DNA from: Thecamonas trahens ATCC 50062
Lineage: Eukaryota > Protista > Apusomonadida
Direction of reading: 5' to 3'
Assembly: GCF_000142905.1 (NCBI RefSeq)
Contig: NW_013657643.1
Span: 13,542-77,541, forward strand
DNA length: 64,000 bases
This document shows, in pieces, positions 31,706-41,936 of this stretch. Position numbers and translations under genes: made by a program. Below the pieces are notes generated by a model. That model was not told the DNA's origin. It did no database searches and was given only the letters and a program-made list of their open reading frames with translations. Position 1 is the first letter of the stretch. Each line of letters starts with the position of its first letter.

Positions 31706-31792
31706 GGATGGCGCCGAGGCTCGGGCCGCGCTCCGGCCCGCGCAGTGAGCACAGGCTTGAGGAGCGCGACCGTCATGTCGTGTGCTGACCAG
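31706..31792 (-). promoter_or_regulatory. SECIS element (type II) in selenoprotein 3' UTR
   Basis: Minus strand: AUGAC-GGUCGCGCUCC-UC-AA-GCCUGUGC-UCACU-GCGCGGGC-C-GGAGCGCGGCC-CGAG, giving an AUGA/GA quartet, a fully paired 11-bp helix II, unpaired AA and an 8-bp apical mini-stem. Core 31720-31776; outer limits approximate. Confidence 0.88.
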
Positions 31793-31857
31793 CAGCAGTC
31801 GAGGAGAGGGAGGGGGGGGGGGGGGGGGGGGGAACGGGGAAAAGAGGCTACCTTGCG

Positions 31858-32721
31858 CTACAGCATCAGCTCCTCCTTGTCGCCGGGGCACTCGGACTCG
31901 GAGCGCGGCTCAGGAGCAGAAATATCCGAGGTGTCGGGCGCGTCGGCAGCGTTGCCGCCGAGAGCTTCGAGGATGTCGCCGAGAGGCGCGTGCTCGCCGT
32001 AGTTCTCCTGGCGGAACTCGTAGAGCAGATCGCCGCCGATGTCAAAGACAAAGGTGCCGCCGAGCTGGAAGCCGTCGCCCTTGAGGTTGCCTTCAAAGCC
32101 GCGGTCCTTGGACTCCTTGATCCGCTTGCGGGCGGTTGAGTTGAAGAGGCCAAAGCCCGAGGTAATGCCCTTCTTGGCCAGGCGAAGCGCCTTGTGGATA
32201 GTCTTGCCCTCGTTGACGAACAGCTCGCCGGCCCAAAAGTTACCATCGTAAAAGTCCTTGTAGCCAAAGGTCTCCACGCCGACGCCCACCAGCCGAACGC
32301 CCATGGCGTCCAGCTGCGGCTTGAGCTGGCTCAGCTCGTAGGCCCCCAGTCTGCAGATTTGTCAGCCAAACCTACGCAGGACATGAACCACAACCCGCTG
32401 TGCACCCATTCGCCCGTTGTTTGCCGCCCAGCGTTTGCCCACCACCGTTGCCCGTCCCGTCCACCATCACCAGCCGCCGCCAGGCACAGATAGGGATGAA
32501 CGAAATAAGAGAGGAGAAAAAAACAATGAGTCTGTTGTTGCCCCCCCCCCCCGGGCTGGGTCACGTCACGTCACGTCAGCCCCCCTCCCCCCTCCCCTCC
32601 CCAACCATCGTACCTGCTCCTTCCACAGAGTCTTCACCTGCATCTGCTGCGGGGTGAGACGGTCGGTGATGACGCACTCACCAATGGCGTCCGCCACCTG
32701 GTGCACGTCAGAGTCGGCCAT
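31858..32721 (-). CDS. Selenoprotein of the SelU / PRXL2B (FAM213B, AhpC-TSA-like) family with UxxC motif. Exons 32614-32721, 31858-32397; Sec codon at 32362-32364
   Basis: Spliced IGECVITDRLTPQQMQVKTLWKEQ|RVVVHVLRRFG(TGA)QICR...GVRLVGVG...GNLKGDGFQLGG matches PRXL2B, whose motif is LRRFGCxxCR; SECIS downstream. Confidence 0.9.
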
Positions 32722-32868
32722 GGTGAAGGTGAAGTGTGTCGGGGGGTGTGGGGTGTGGGGTGTTGGGGGGTTGGGAGGGGGTCAGCCAGTCAGCCAAGTC
32801 CGACAGATGCTTTTCCCCCGTCTTTTAGATGGAGAGGACTGCGTGGTGATGGCTGGGTTGAGAGGAGG

Positions 32869-34111
32869 TCATGTAGAGCCGGAGCTCGACGAGGAGGACG
32901 AGCCCGAGTCTGATTCGAACGAGTGGGAGGTGTCGGCGCGGGTGAGGATGGTGGGCTCATCGCCGGGCTTGATGGCCGGCTCACCCGAGGCAAAGTCAAA
33001 GTCTGCTGCTGCTGCTACCACTGGCTCGCCACCGGCCGCAGGTGCGTCGCCGTCAGCGGGAGTACGCTTGAGGTCTGTGGCAGTGATGCTAGAATCGAGA
33101 CCGGTAAAGGCCGGAGGTGCGGGCGGCCGCAGCCCCGAGCGGACATCGCGCGGATCGTAGCCTTCGCCCGAGTCAGACGACTCGTCCGAGTCGACAGTGT
33201 GCAGCCAGGCCTCGCCGCTACCCTTGGTCTGCTTGGCTGCCTGGTCGCCGCGAAGCAGAGCGTCGACCTTGGCTGCCGAGACCACGTGCGACGCGTCGAG
33301 CGGAACGGGCGGGCCCTGCCGCGAGAGGTTGACTCGGCTTCGCCGCGAGATCGCCGCACCCATCCGCGACGGGGTGATCGAGCCGGCGCCCGGCGATGCC
33401 CGTGCCGCAGGCGACCGCCCGGCTGCTGCCGGCGACGGCGACGCCACATACGACGCCGCTGTCCCCATGCGCGCCTCCATCACCGACGGCACTCGGTCTG
33501 ACACCACCCGCTTGGGCATGTTCTTGATGTAGGTCCGGACCTTACGCGGATTCTGTCGTCCCATTCGTGAGTGCTATCGCACCGTTCACCTCCCTTCCAC
33601 GTCTCCCCCATCTCCCCTCCCGCATCAACGTACCACCACCGTCTGATCAGCCCGTGCTGCTTCTCTCCCCAGCTGCGCCACAACATCTGCCACAAACATG
33701 TACGGGTTCTCCGGCTGGTCGGCGATCATCGCTGTTGTCAGCTCCTGTAGCCCATCCAAAAATGGTAAGTGAAAGAGCCATGTCCCATACCGATCATCTG
33801 TCGGACCACATCGACCGCCACCACAACACCAAGCCGACCATCCTGCTCATGACAACCGACAAATGACAACCGACAAACCCCACCACCACCACCCCAGACC
33901 CAATCACATCTTGCTAGTCGCCTGCACCACCATGCCCGATCCCCTCCATCACCTCCTGCCCCTCTCCATCCACAACAGCCCCTGCAACCGTCCTCGCCAG
34001 CAACGGCCGCCCGCCCGTCCGCCCGCCCACCCACAGCCGTACCTTGAACAGCTCCAGGATGCGGAAGTGGTTGAGATACGCACGCCCCGCTTCCACATGC
34101 TCGGCGTCCAT
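32869..34111 (-). CDS. Protein with N-terminal RIIa/Dpy-30-like docking-dimerisation domain and disordered tail. Exons 34043-34111, 33634-33744, 32869-33552
   Basis: Spliced YLNHFRILELFK|ELTTAMIADQPENPYMFVADVV; both introns GTACG..CAG, phase 0. Confidence 0.7.
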
Positions 34112-34600
34112 GCCCTTGGCTACGTATGATGTGTAAGAGAGAGTGTGTGTGCGTGAGTGAAATGCGTAGACTCGTGTGTCCGCCCACGACCGTCGCTCTC
34201 GTGGTGGCTCTGCTCAGTCACCACTGTTCGTCTGCCCGCAGCAAGCTAGATGCCACCGCCATGCAATCCCTCACCCACAATGGCCATCACGTTTGGTTGG
34301 AGAAGAGGCGATGCCACATTGGCCATACACACGTGGACAGAGTAGAGCATAGGCAAAGGCTCGAGGGAGGAATGGCGACATGAGTAGTTTGCTGATACGG
34401 TCATCGGCGGCGCCAAGCAGCCTCAGCGGGTGCTCGCGTGGATCTGAGCAGCACTCTAATCTGGTAGGCTTTGAGCTCGCATTATCCGCTCAAGCCGACA
34501 CAGTAGCATGCGGCGACGTTCGATCAGCACAGAGCCGACGGCACGCGCCGCACCGCCGACAATCCCCCCCCCCCCCCACTCGCGTCGCCAGAATCCAATC

Positions 34601-35180
34601 TCAGTCGTTCCACACCAGCACGTGTCCGCCGTTGTCACCGGTCTGGCGAGCAAACTGGATAAGCTCCTCCCAGCGCTCGGCCGGCGCAGATCCGACAAAC
34701 TTGATGTCCTCGTCGAGCCCCGGTCTGCGAATGACCAGCGGCTTGCCCGAGTAAAAGAGATAGACCGCCGGCGAGAGAGCCAAGCCAAGAGCCTCGACAT
34801 CCTCCTGCGACTCGATGTCATCAGCATCAACAACAAAGATCTTAGAGTACGGCGTGACCGACGACGACGATCCCGAGCGGAGACCACACAGCGCCCTTGC
34901 CGCATGCAGCGCCGGTGGCGACCACCGATGAGCGAGACAAATGACCACCACCCGTTCTTGGATACTTGTAAAGAGGGCCTCTGTTGATCCCATCCCCAGC
35001 TTGCCCCCGCCGTCCTCATCGCTGTCCCCACAGTCGAGTCAGTCCCGCCCCCCTCCCCTCCCCCCTCCCCCCTCCCCCTCACTCACTCCCCCTCCCCCTC
35101 TCCCTCCCGTCTAGCACATACGGTATGAGCAGAGGCCGAACCTCCTCCCATGTGTCCCATGTCACGTCACTGCTGCTCAT
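34601..35180 (-). CDS. Redox-inactive thioredoxin-fold protein, Dim1/TXNL4-like. Exons 35122-35180, 34601-35021
   Basis: VVVICLAHRWSPPA (WCxxC position without Cys), KIFVVDAD, cis-Pro segment SPAVYLFYSGK, Dim1-like C-terminal extension; phase-2 intron. Confidence 0.6.
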
Positions 35181-35533
35181 GCCAATACCCGAGCCGACCG
35201 GAGAGTCGAGTCTACCGACCCACCGCTTCCCGTCCGCAGTCAAGCTCCTGCGACTGCAGACTGCGATGATGCCTGCAAAGTCGGCTGCGTGGCTTATGGA
35301 CACCATCGCACGGTGTGCGCACTGGCAGATGGGCGCATGATGAAGGGTTTAGGTAGGCGTGTGTGTGCGTGTTGTGTGTGTGTGTGTGGTTCCAGCTCGG
35401 GCGATGGCAGGCGCCGGATGGAGCACCACGATGGTGTCGTGCCTACATGACAGCCATGGCGGTAGGACGGTTGTGGGGTGGGGTGCGCCGGCCGAAGGAT
35501 TCGATTCGGGTTCAGAGGTCGAGCGTGCAGGCG

Positions 35534-36004
35534 CTACGCTGCGATGAGCGTGGTGTTGGCGGTGACGTCGAGCGACATGACCGAGATCTTGCAGCCGGAG
35601 ACCCATTCGAGACAGTGAACACCAACAACGACAGCCCAGGGCCCTGCCGGCTCACGGGCGTAGCGGCCAATGTCGGCAGTGATGTTGTTGACGCGGCGCG
35701 GGGCAAAGTCGGGCGAAGCGTAGGAAGCGATGAAGCCATCGAGCTCATCCGAAGCCATCGGCAGCGATGCGCAGGTAAAGTCCGGCATGACGACATAGCC
35801 CTGATTCGACGATGCCGATCCATCGACCATAACCACCAACTCTGTACTCGCACTCGCCTCCTCCGCATCCATCATGCAGCACCAGGCCACCGTCTCACGT
35901 GGTCCGGTCGTCTGCACCAGTCCGCGGTAGCTGCACCCGGCCGAGGCCACAGAGCCAACAGCAGCGAGGACGACCACCATTGCGAGCAGTACAGCAGGTG
36001 ACAT
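35534..36004 (-). CDS. Hypothetical secreted Cys-containing protein (156 aa)
   Basis: Signal peptide MSPAVLLAMVVVLAAVGSVASA; six Cys. Confidence 0.65.
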   Translation of the reverse strand: MSPAVLLAMVVVLAAVGSVASAGCSYRGLVQTTGPRETVAWCCMMDAEEASASTELVVMVDGSASSNQGYVVMPDFTCASLPMASDELDGFIASYASPDFAPRRVNNITADIGRYAREPAGPWAVVVGVHCLEWVSGCKISVMSLDVTANTTLIAA

Positions 36005-36290
36005 GTCCGAGAGCAAGAGAAAGAGAGAAAGAGGGAGAGTTGAGAGTGTCGGTGGTCTTTGTGTTGGCGGTGGTCGTCGTGGTGGGGCCGGGTCCCAGTC
36101 GCCGGCGGGAATCCCCGGCGGGCGGACGGCTGCACTTGCGCTACGCGCCACATCCGGCAGCATGACACGACTGCTTGTTGAGCAGGCAGCGAGTTGATGC
36201 GGCATCACATTGCACATGCCGTGACTTTGATGTACGCTGAGGCAAGATGGTTCCGGTTCGGCAGTGCTGGTGCGTCGTAGCCTGTGATCA

Positions 36291-37640
36291 TCACTGGATG
36301 GTGTCCTTGTCGCGCTTCTTCTTCCACTTGCGCACGCGCTTCTTGCGGCTCTTTGGCGGCCGATCCTGCGATGGTTTTGCTCCTGCTGGCTTGATCTGAG
36401 GAGATCTCCCGCTGCTTGTCGACGCAGCGTTCCGGAGCGGACGGCGGGGTCGATGCGAGGCCAGGAGCCGCGCTATCTCTGGGTGGCCCTCGGCTTCGGC
36501 GCGCTGGATAAGCGATGTGCGATCGGCAGTGATGTCGGCACTGGGATGGGCGAGGAGGAGGCGGACAACATCCGCATGGCCATGCCTGATCGCGGCGTAG
36601 TACGTCTCAAAGTGAACTACGTACGGATAGTAGCAGCTGTGGTAGGTGATGTTGGGATCTAACTGGAGGTTGGCAAGGACGAGCTCGATCATGTCTGCTC
36701 TGCCTGCAGCGCACGCGTCGACAAGCAGCTCGTCGGCGCGGTCCAAATCGACACAGCTCGCCGCGCCGGCATCAATCAGAGCACGAACCATGTCGATGTC
36801 GCCGGCATCCATCGCGTCAAGGAAGATGCGGCCGACAGAGAGATACGATGCGCCCGGAGAACTGAGTAGCATCTTGACCATGTTCGCATGTCCGCTCTTC
36901 GCAGCTGTGATGACCAGCGTGTTTTGCTCGATCGACGGAGACAAATCAGGATGAGCGAGCAGTGCGGCGGCGACTTTGGTCTCGTTGTTGGCCACCGCCT
37001 CCTTGAGTGCCTGGACCAGCAGGTGCTGCGCCGGGATCTCAAACGATCGGACCATCCACGCCACCAGCTCGGCATGGCCCGCACAAGCCGCACACTTGAC
37101 AGCCTCTTCCATGACGCTGTCGCCCATTTCTTCGCGTGCCAACAGCTCCACCAGCTCGCGATGACCAGACTGGGCCGCGGCAACAAGGCACGTCGCCCGC
37201 TCTGCTGCATCCTCCACGGCAGGCAGCAGATCGACAGCCACACTCGGCAAACCATACAATATAGCCAAGACCGGCATAGCGAGCGGGCCACGAGCCAGCG
37301 CTCGCCGGCCGAGGCCCTCGCGTACCACAACGCCGCGCTTCATGAGGACGGCTACGATCTTACGCCAGGCTGCGGAGCCGGGCCGGGCGGCGACGAAGAT
37401 CTGGACGAGATCGCGATCGGCGGCACCTGCACGCTCGCGCGATTGCTGGAGAGCCACCGCAGCACCGCCCCAGCTCTGTCGCCACACACACGCGGCAAAG
37501 CCCGCAGTAGCTTCCGGCCGTAGCTCGAGCCGAGAAGAGCGAGGTCGAGCGTGGTACAGGTAGCCGCAAGAGAGCGGCGGATGTCGACCTCACTCAGTAA
37601 CCTGCAGGTGAATAATCTCGGTGGGAAGTTTGTCGAGCAT
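36291..37640 (-). CDS. Ankyrin-repeat protein with disrupted F-box-like N-terminus (possible pseudogene)
   Basis: Ankyrin repeats (AAQSGHRELVELL, AAKSGHANMVKMLL, AIRHGHADVVRLLL). Upstream MLDKLPTEII is in frame but has TGA at 37590-37592, and the F-box-like LSEVDIRRSLAATC lies in another frame. Confidence 0.65.
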
Positions 37641-37872
37641 GCCGCCTAATGGAAGCAGTTAGCCTTTGTCAGCTGTGGCCGTCGGCGTCAAGTGTCTCTG
37701 TCCTGCCGGGTGCTGGGAAGGGCCAAGATTCTGCAGATACGGCGGACCGCGTCGGCACGCGTGTCATTCACGCTGATTGCTGCCGGCCAGCGACCGACGA
37801 CGAACACGACGAACACGACGAACACGACGACGGGCGGCGACGGGCGACGACCACCTAACTCACTCTACGCCC

Positions 37873-38912
37873 ATGCTCCGGTCTCTGTCATCTGCTGCTG
37901 CTGCGCCTGCACTTGCTGCTGCTGCCTCTGCCTCTGCCTCTGCCACTCGCAGCTCGCTCGCCCATGCCTCGGGCATTGCCGCCGTCACCATTGTCGGCTC
38001 GGGCATCATGGGCGCTGGCATTGCCCAGGTCTCGGCCCATCATGGCAAGGACGTCCGCCTGGTCGATCTCTCGGGTACGCTCACCTCTCATCACCCCGTT
38101 GCTCTCACCCCTCTCCCCTCCCCCTGTCCGCTGCCTCTCACCTCGCCCCCTCCCCGCCCGCCCTTGTCACAGAGGAGAACCTCGCCCGCGGCAAGGCGGC
38201 TATCGAGGGCTCGCTCAAGCGAGTGCTGAAGAAGGAAGCGGATGTGGATGCTGCTGTAGCCGATGTTATGGCTCGCATCACCTTTACCTCGTCGATGGAG
38301 GAAGCGCTCAAGGGATCGGATCTGCTTGTGGAGGCGGTGTACGAGGATCCCGAGACCAAGCGGCAGATCTTTGGCGTGGCGCAGCAGTACGCCGACGACG
38401 AGTGCATCTTTGCCACTAACACCTCGTCGCTCTCGGTCAACTCGATTTGCAACGGCGTCCGTCCCGAGCGCTTCGGCGGTCTGCACTTTTTCAACCCGGT
38501 GCCTATGCTCAAGCTGGTCGAGGTCATCAAGACCGACGAGACCTCGGACGCCACTGCCGACGCCCTCCGTGAGTTTGCCGCCGAGGTCGGCAAGGAGCCG
38601 ATTGTGTGCAAGGACACGCCCGGCTTTGTCGTCAACCGCCTCCTTGTCCCGTACCTCCAGTCGGCCGTCGACATGATGGAGCGTGGCGACGCGTCCAAGG
38701 AAGACATCGACAAGGCTATGAAGCTCGGCGCTGGCATGCCCATGGGGCCATTCGAGCTCCTCGATGTCATCGGCCTCGACACCGCCGCCCTCATCATCAA
38801 CTCGTGGGTCCGCACCCACGGCGACACCTTTAACGCCACGCCTGCCATTGACAAGCTTGTCTCGGACGGCAAGTTTGGCCGCAAGAACGGCGAGGGCTTC
38901 TACAAGTACTAG
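37873..38912 (+). CDS. HADH: Mitochondrial 3-hydroxyacyl-CoA dehydrogenase. Exons 37873-38074, 38173-38912
   Basis: Transit-like N-terminus, IVGSGIMGAGIAQV, FATNTSSL, GLHFFNPVP, KDTPGFVVNRLL, PMGPFEL, GRKNGEGFYKY. Confidence 0.95.
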
Positions 38913-39031
38913 ACAAGGTAATAAAGCCATCGTCTGGTCATGACGTGCGCACGCACACGCACACAACTCACTCACTCACACACACACTCTCTCTCTCCCA
39001 CTCCCGCTCGCGCGCTTGCTTGCTTGCTTGC

Positions 39032-41017
39032 TCAAGCAAAGCCGACGTGCACGCTCTGGGTCGAGTTGGCCAGCCGCGTCCGGTGGAGCGCGCCGAGAAC
39101 ATCGAGCGACTGGCCCGGGTTGGCGAGCGTCAGATCGTACTCGTCGACCCGGCGGGAGTCGGCGATCGACACAACGCCGTCGGCGCCGATGACCCCGGTC
39201 ACCGCGTCGCGGACCTCGTCGCGCGAGCACCCGGGCGCGTCAATGTAGATGGTCGGCACAACCGGGCCGACCCGCGACGGCGAAAAGTCGCCCTTGAACC
39301 GGTGCCCGTCGCGCTCGGTGTACGCCTTGAGCTCCACCGCCCGCGAGAGCGCGTCACCAGGCACGCAAGCAATGTCCAGCCGCCCACCAAGCCCATGTGC
39401 ACCCGCAAGGAACTCCAGCACCGCATCGGCCTGTGCCAGCGTGTCGACGTCGACCAGAAAGGCCTCGCCGTCACGCGCGATGGCACGGACGTCGGCAAAC
39501 GCGCCAATGACGTTGAACAGGTCGTCGTACGCGGTCTGCGAGCTCACGCCCCGCACCTCGAGCACTGTCGAGTTGGCACGTCCGCCGGCACTCGCCGGCG
39601 GCGGCGGAGAGGGGCCGCGCGCCGGCGGAGGCGGCGACGGGCCACGCGCCGGCGGAGGCGGGGGTGGCGACGGGCCACGGAAGCCACCGCCACCGCCGCC
39701 GCCGCCGCCGTAACCGCGCCGGGTGTAGTCGACCTCCATCCGCGTGTCGCGCTTGATCTGGATCGACTTCTTCTTGGCCGGCTCCACACGGAGGTAGCAG
39801 CACCCCTTGTAGATTTCGTTGCGATCGAAGCGGTCCATGGCCTCAAACGCCTCGTCGGGAGACGCCATCTGCACAAAGCCGGCCACCTCGCCGCGCCGCT
39901 CAAAGAGGCAGATCTTGTCGACAAGCCCGGCCCGCGAAAAGAGCGCGTGGATGACGTCCGCGTCAATGTCGTACCGGAGCTCAGAGACCCGAACGTGAAG
40001 GATGCTTGTCTGCAGCCGGCGGCCGCCGCCACGCGACGAGCCAGGCGGATCCATCAGGCCGCCCGAGCCACGGTCGCCGTAGCCACCACGGTCGCCGTAG
40101 CCACCACGGTCGCCGTAGCCGCCGCGGTCGCCGTAGCCACCGCGGTCGCCGTAGCCACCGCGGTCGCCGTAGCCACCGCGGTCGCCGTAGCCACCACGGT
40201 CGCCGTAGCCGCCACGGTCGCCGCCACGGTCGCCGCCACGCTCACTGGCGCGGTCGCCACCGCGGTCGCCGTTGGCCGACTCCTTCTTGGCCTTGGCCTT
40301 GCGCAGCGTCGAGCGCCGCGAGCGCTCGGCCTCGATGACCTGGCCGCCGATAATGAGCTTCTCCGAACCGTTGGGCCCAACAAGGTCAACAAAGCGGTCG
40401 ACTTCTGCGCTCGACTCGAGCTCGACAAAGGCGAGGCCCCTGCGGAGAAAGTTGACGCCGAGGACACGGGCAAACTTGCCCACTGCGTCCGAGATCTCGT
40501 CGTCGGTCGCGGTCTTGGGCACTGGACGGAGGAAGAGAATCGGGGTGGGCTCGGCCGGCGGCTGCGGCTTGCGCTCTCCCTTGGGCGGGCGACCGCCACG
40601 GCGAACTGCATCGTCGCCTGCCGGCACCGCCTCGCCCTCGAGGTTCTTGGCCTTTTTCTCGCTCCGGCCCTCACCGTTGGCCTCGCCGCTGGCCTCGACG
40701 CCGCCGTTTTCGCCGTCGTCGTTGTCCTCGTCATCGCGACCACGCTTCCGCGACTCGCCGCCGTTCTCCTCATCATCATCATACCGACCAACATCATTGT
40801 TCGTCTCCTCGGTGACCTGCATCTCTGCCACCGGAGCGCTGCTGCCGGCTGCGTCGTCGTCACCGCCCGCCTGGGCCACGGCCTCCTGCTGCTGCTGCTG
40901 CTCCTGTGCCTCGCTCTGACCACCCTGGGTGGGCTCGTTGACTTGAGCCTGCTCCACCACGTCCATGTCGCCAGCAGCTGCCGTCGTCGTGGTCGTCGGC
41001 CTCGCCTGCTGCTCCTG

Positions 41018-41051
<34 letters not shown>

Positions 41052-41119
41052 GGTTGCTCCTCCGCGGCCGGCTCGGGCGACGGGGACGGGTTGCGACGGC
41101 TGCGACGGCGAGTGGTCAT
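39032..41119 (-). CDS. Multi-RRM RNA-binding protein, hnRNP L/PTB-like
   Basis: RRM YDIDADVIHALFS...IYKGCCYLRVEPAK resembles hnRNP L RRM2 (IYSGCCTLKIEYAK); polyQ/acidic N-terminus; RGGYGD repeats. Confidence 0.8.
40068..40271 (-). repeat. Coding 18-bp tandem repeat encoding (RGGYGD)n
   Basis: About 8 copies of GGYGDR plus degenerate GGDR units. Confidence 0.9.
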
Positions 41120-41936
41120 GACTGGTAGAGACTGTAGTCGTGTACGTCAAGTACCTTCTGCACACAAAGTCTGCCCCCCTCCCCCCCTCCCCTCCCCCCC
41201 CCCCCCCCTCCCCCATACCCTCTCGGTAGGTCGCTCACTCGCTTGAAACCAAAGATTTCCGCCGAGTCGCAAAACGGGCTGTCCAGCCGGACGGAGGGGG
41301 GGGGAGGGGGGGAGGGGGGATCGGGACATGGGTGATGCACATTGATGTGTTTGTGTTTGGTGGCTGGTTACGGATGTCTGAGAGAGCCCAGATCAGTGCC
41401 CGCAGCAACAGGGTGATGAGCCACAGCCACGGGTGCAACCTTGGGCGGCCACCACGATCGCTATCTTGGGTGCAACCAAGCGGCAAAGTCGCCACCTTGG
41501 GCGCAACCATAGCCGCATTCATGGCCGCAACGCAGCAGGCGATCATCATCATCATCGTCATCGCCTTCTCCCATTCCCCTTACCACCCCCCTCCCACCCC
41601 CCTCCCATCCCCCCCATCCCCATCAAATTCTTGCAACGCAAGCAATGCCCAGCGCACGTGCTAGCTCCCCCCCCCCTCGTACCCCATCCCCCCTCCGGAG
41701 ATGGCTATTATTCATCGTTCGGGTGTTCGAGCCTACGTCACATGTGAGCAGACTCGCTCGCCAGTGGTTGGGCGTTCGGCCATGTGTCACGTCATTTTGG
41801 TCGACTGGGTTCCACCCACCGAGAGATGGGACGTGGAGGGGGGGAGGGGGGAGGGGGGCACCCGACTACCTCCCCACGGGGGCTACCTCTTACCAGGGGG
41901 GAAGAGAGAGAGACACATACATATCATTTATATACC

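Noticed and set aside
37590-37592. Second selenocysteine codon in the ankyrin gene
   Set aside because: No Cys-homologous redox context and no SECIS seen; a frameshift or decay explains it better.
8579-41128. Long antisense or alternate-frame ORFs (e.g. 8579-10288, 14163-16256, 16424-18670, 28003-29334, 38945-41128)
   Set aside because: Shadows of real genes caused by high GC3 codon bias; they contain no recognisable motifs.
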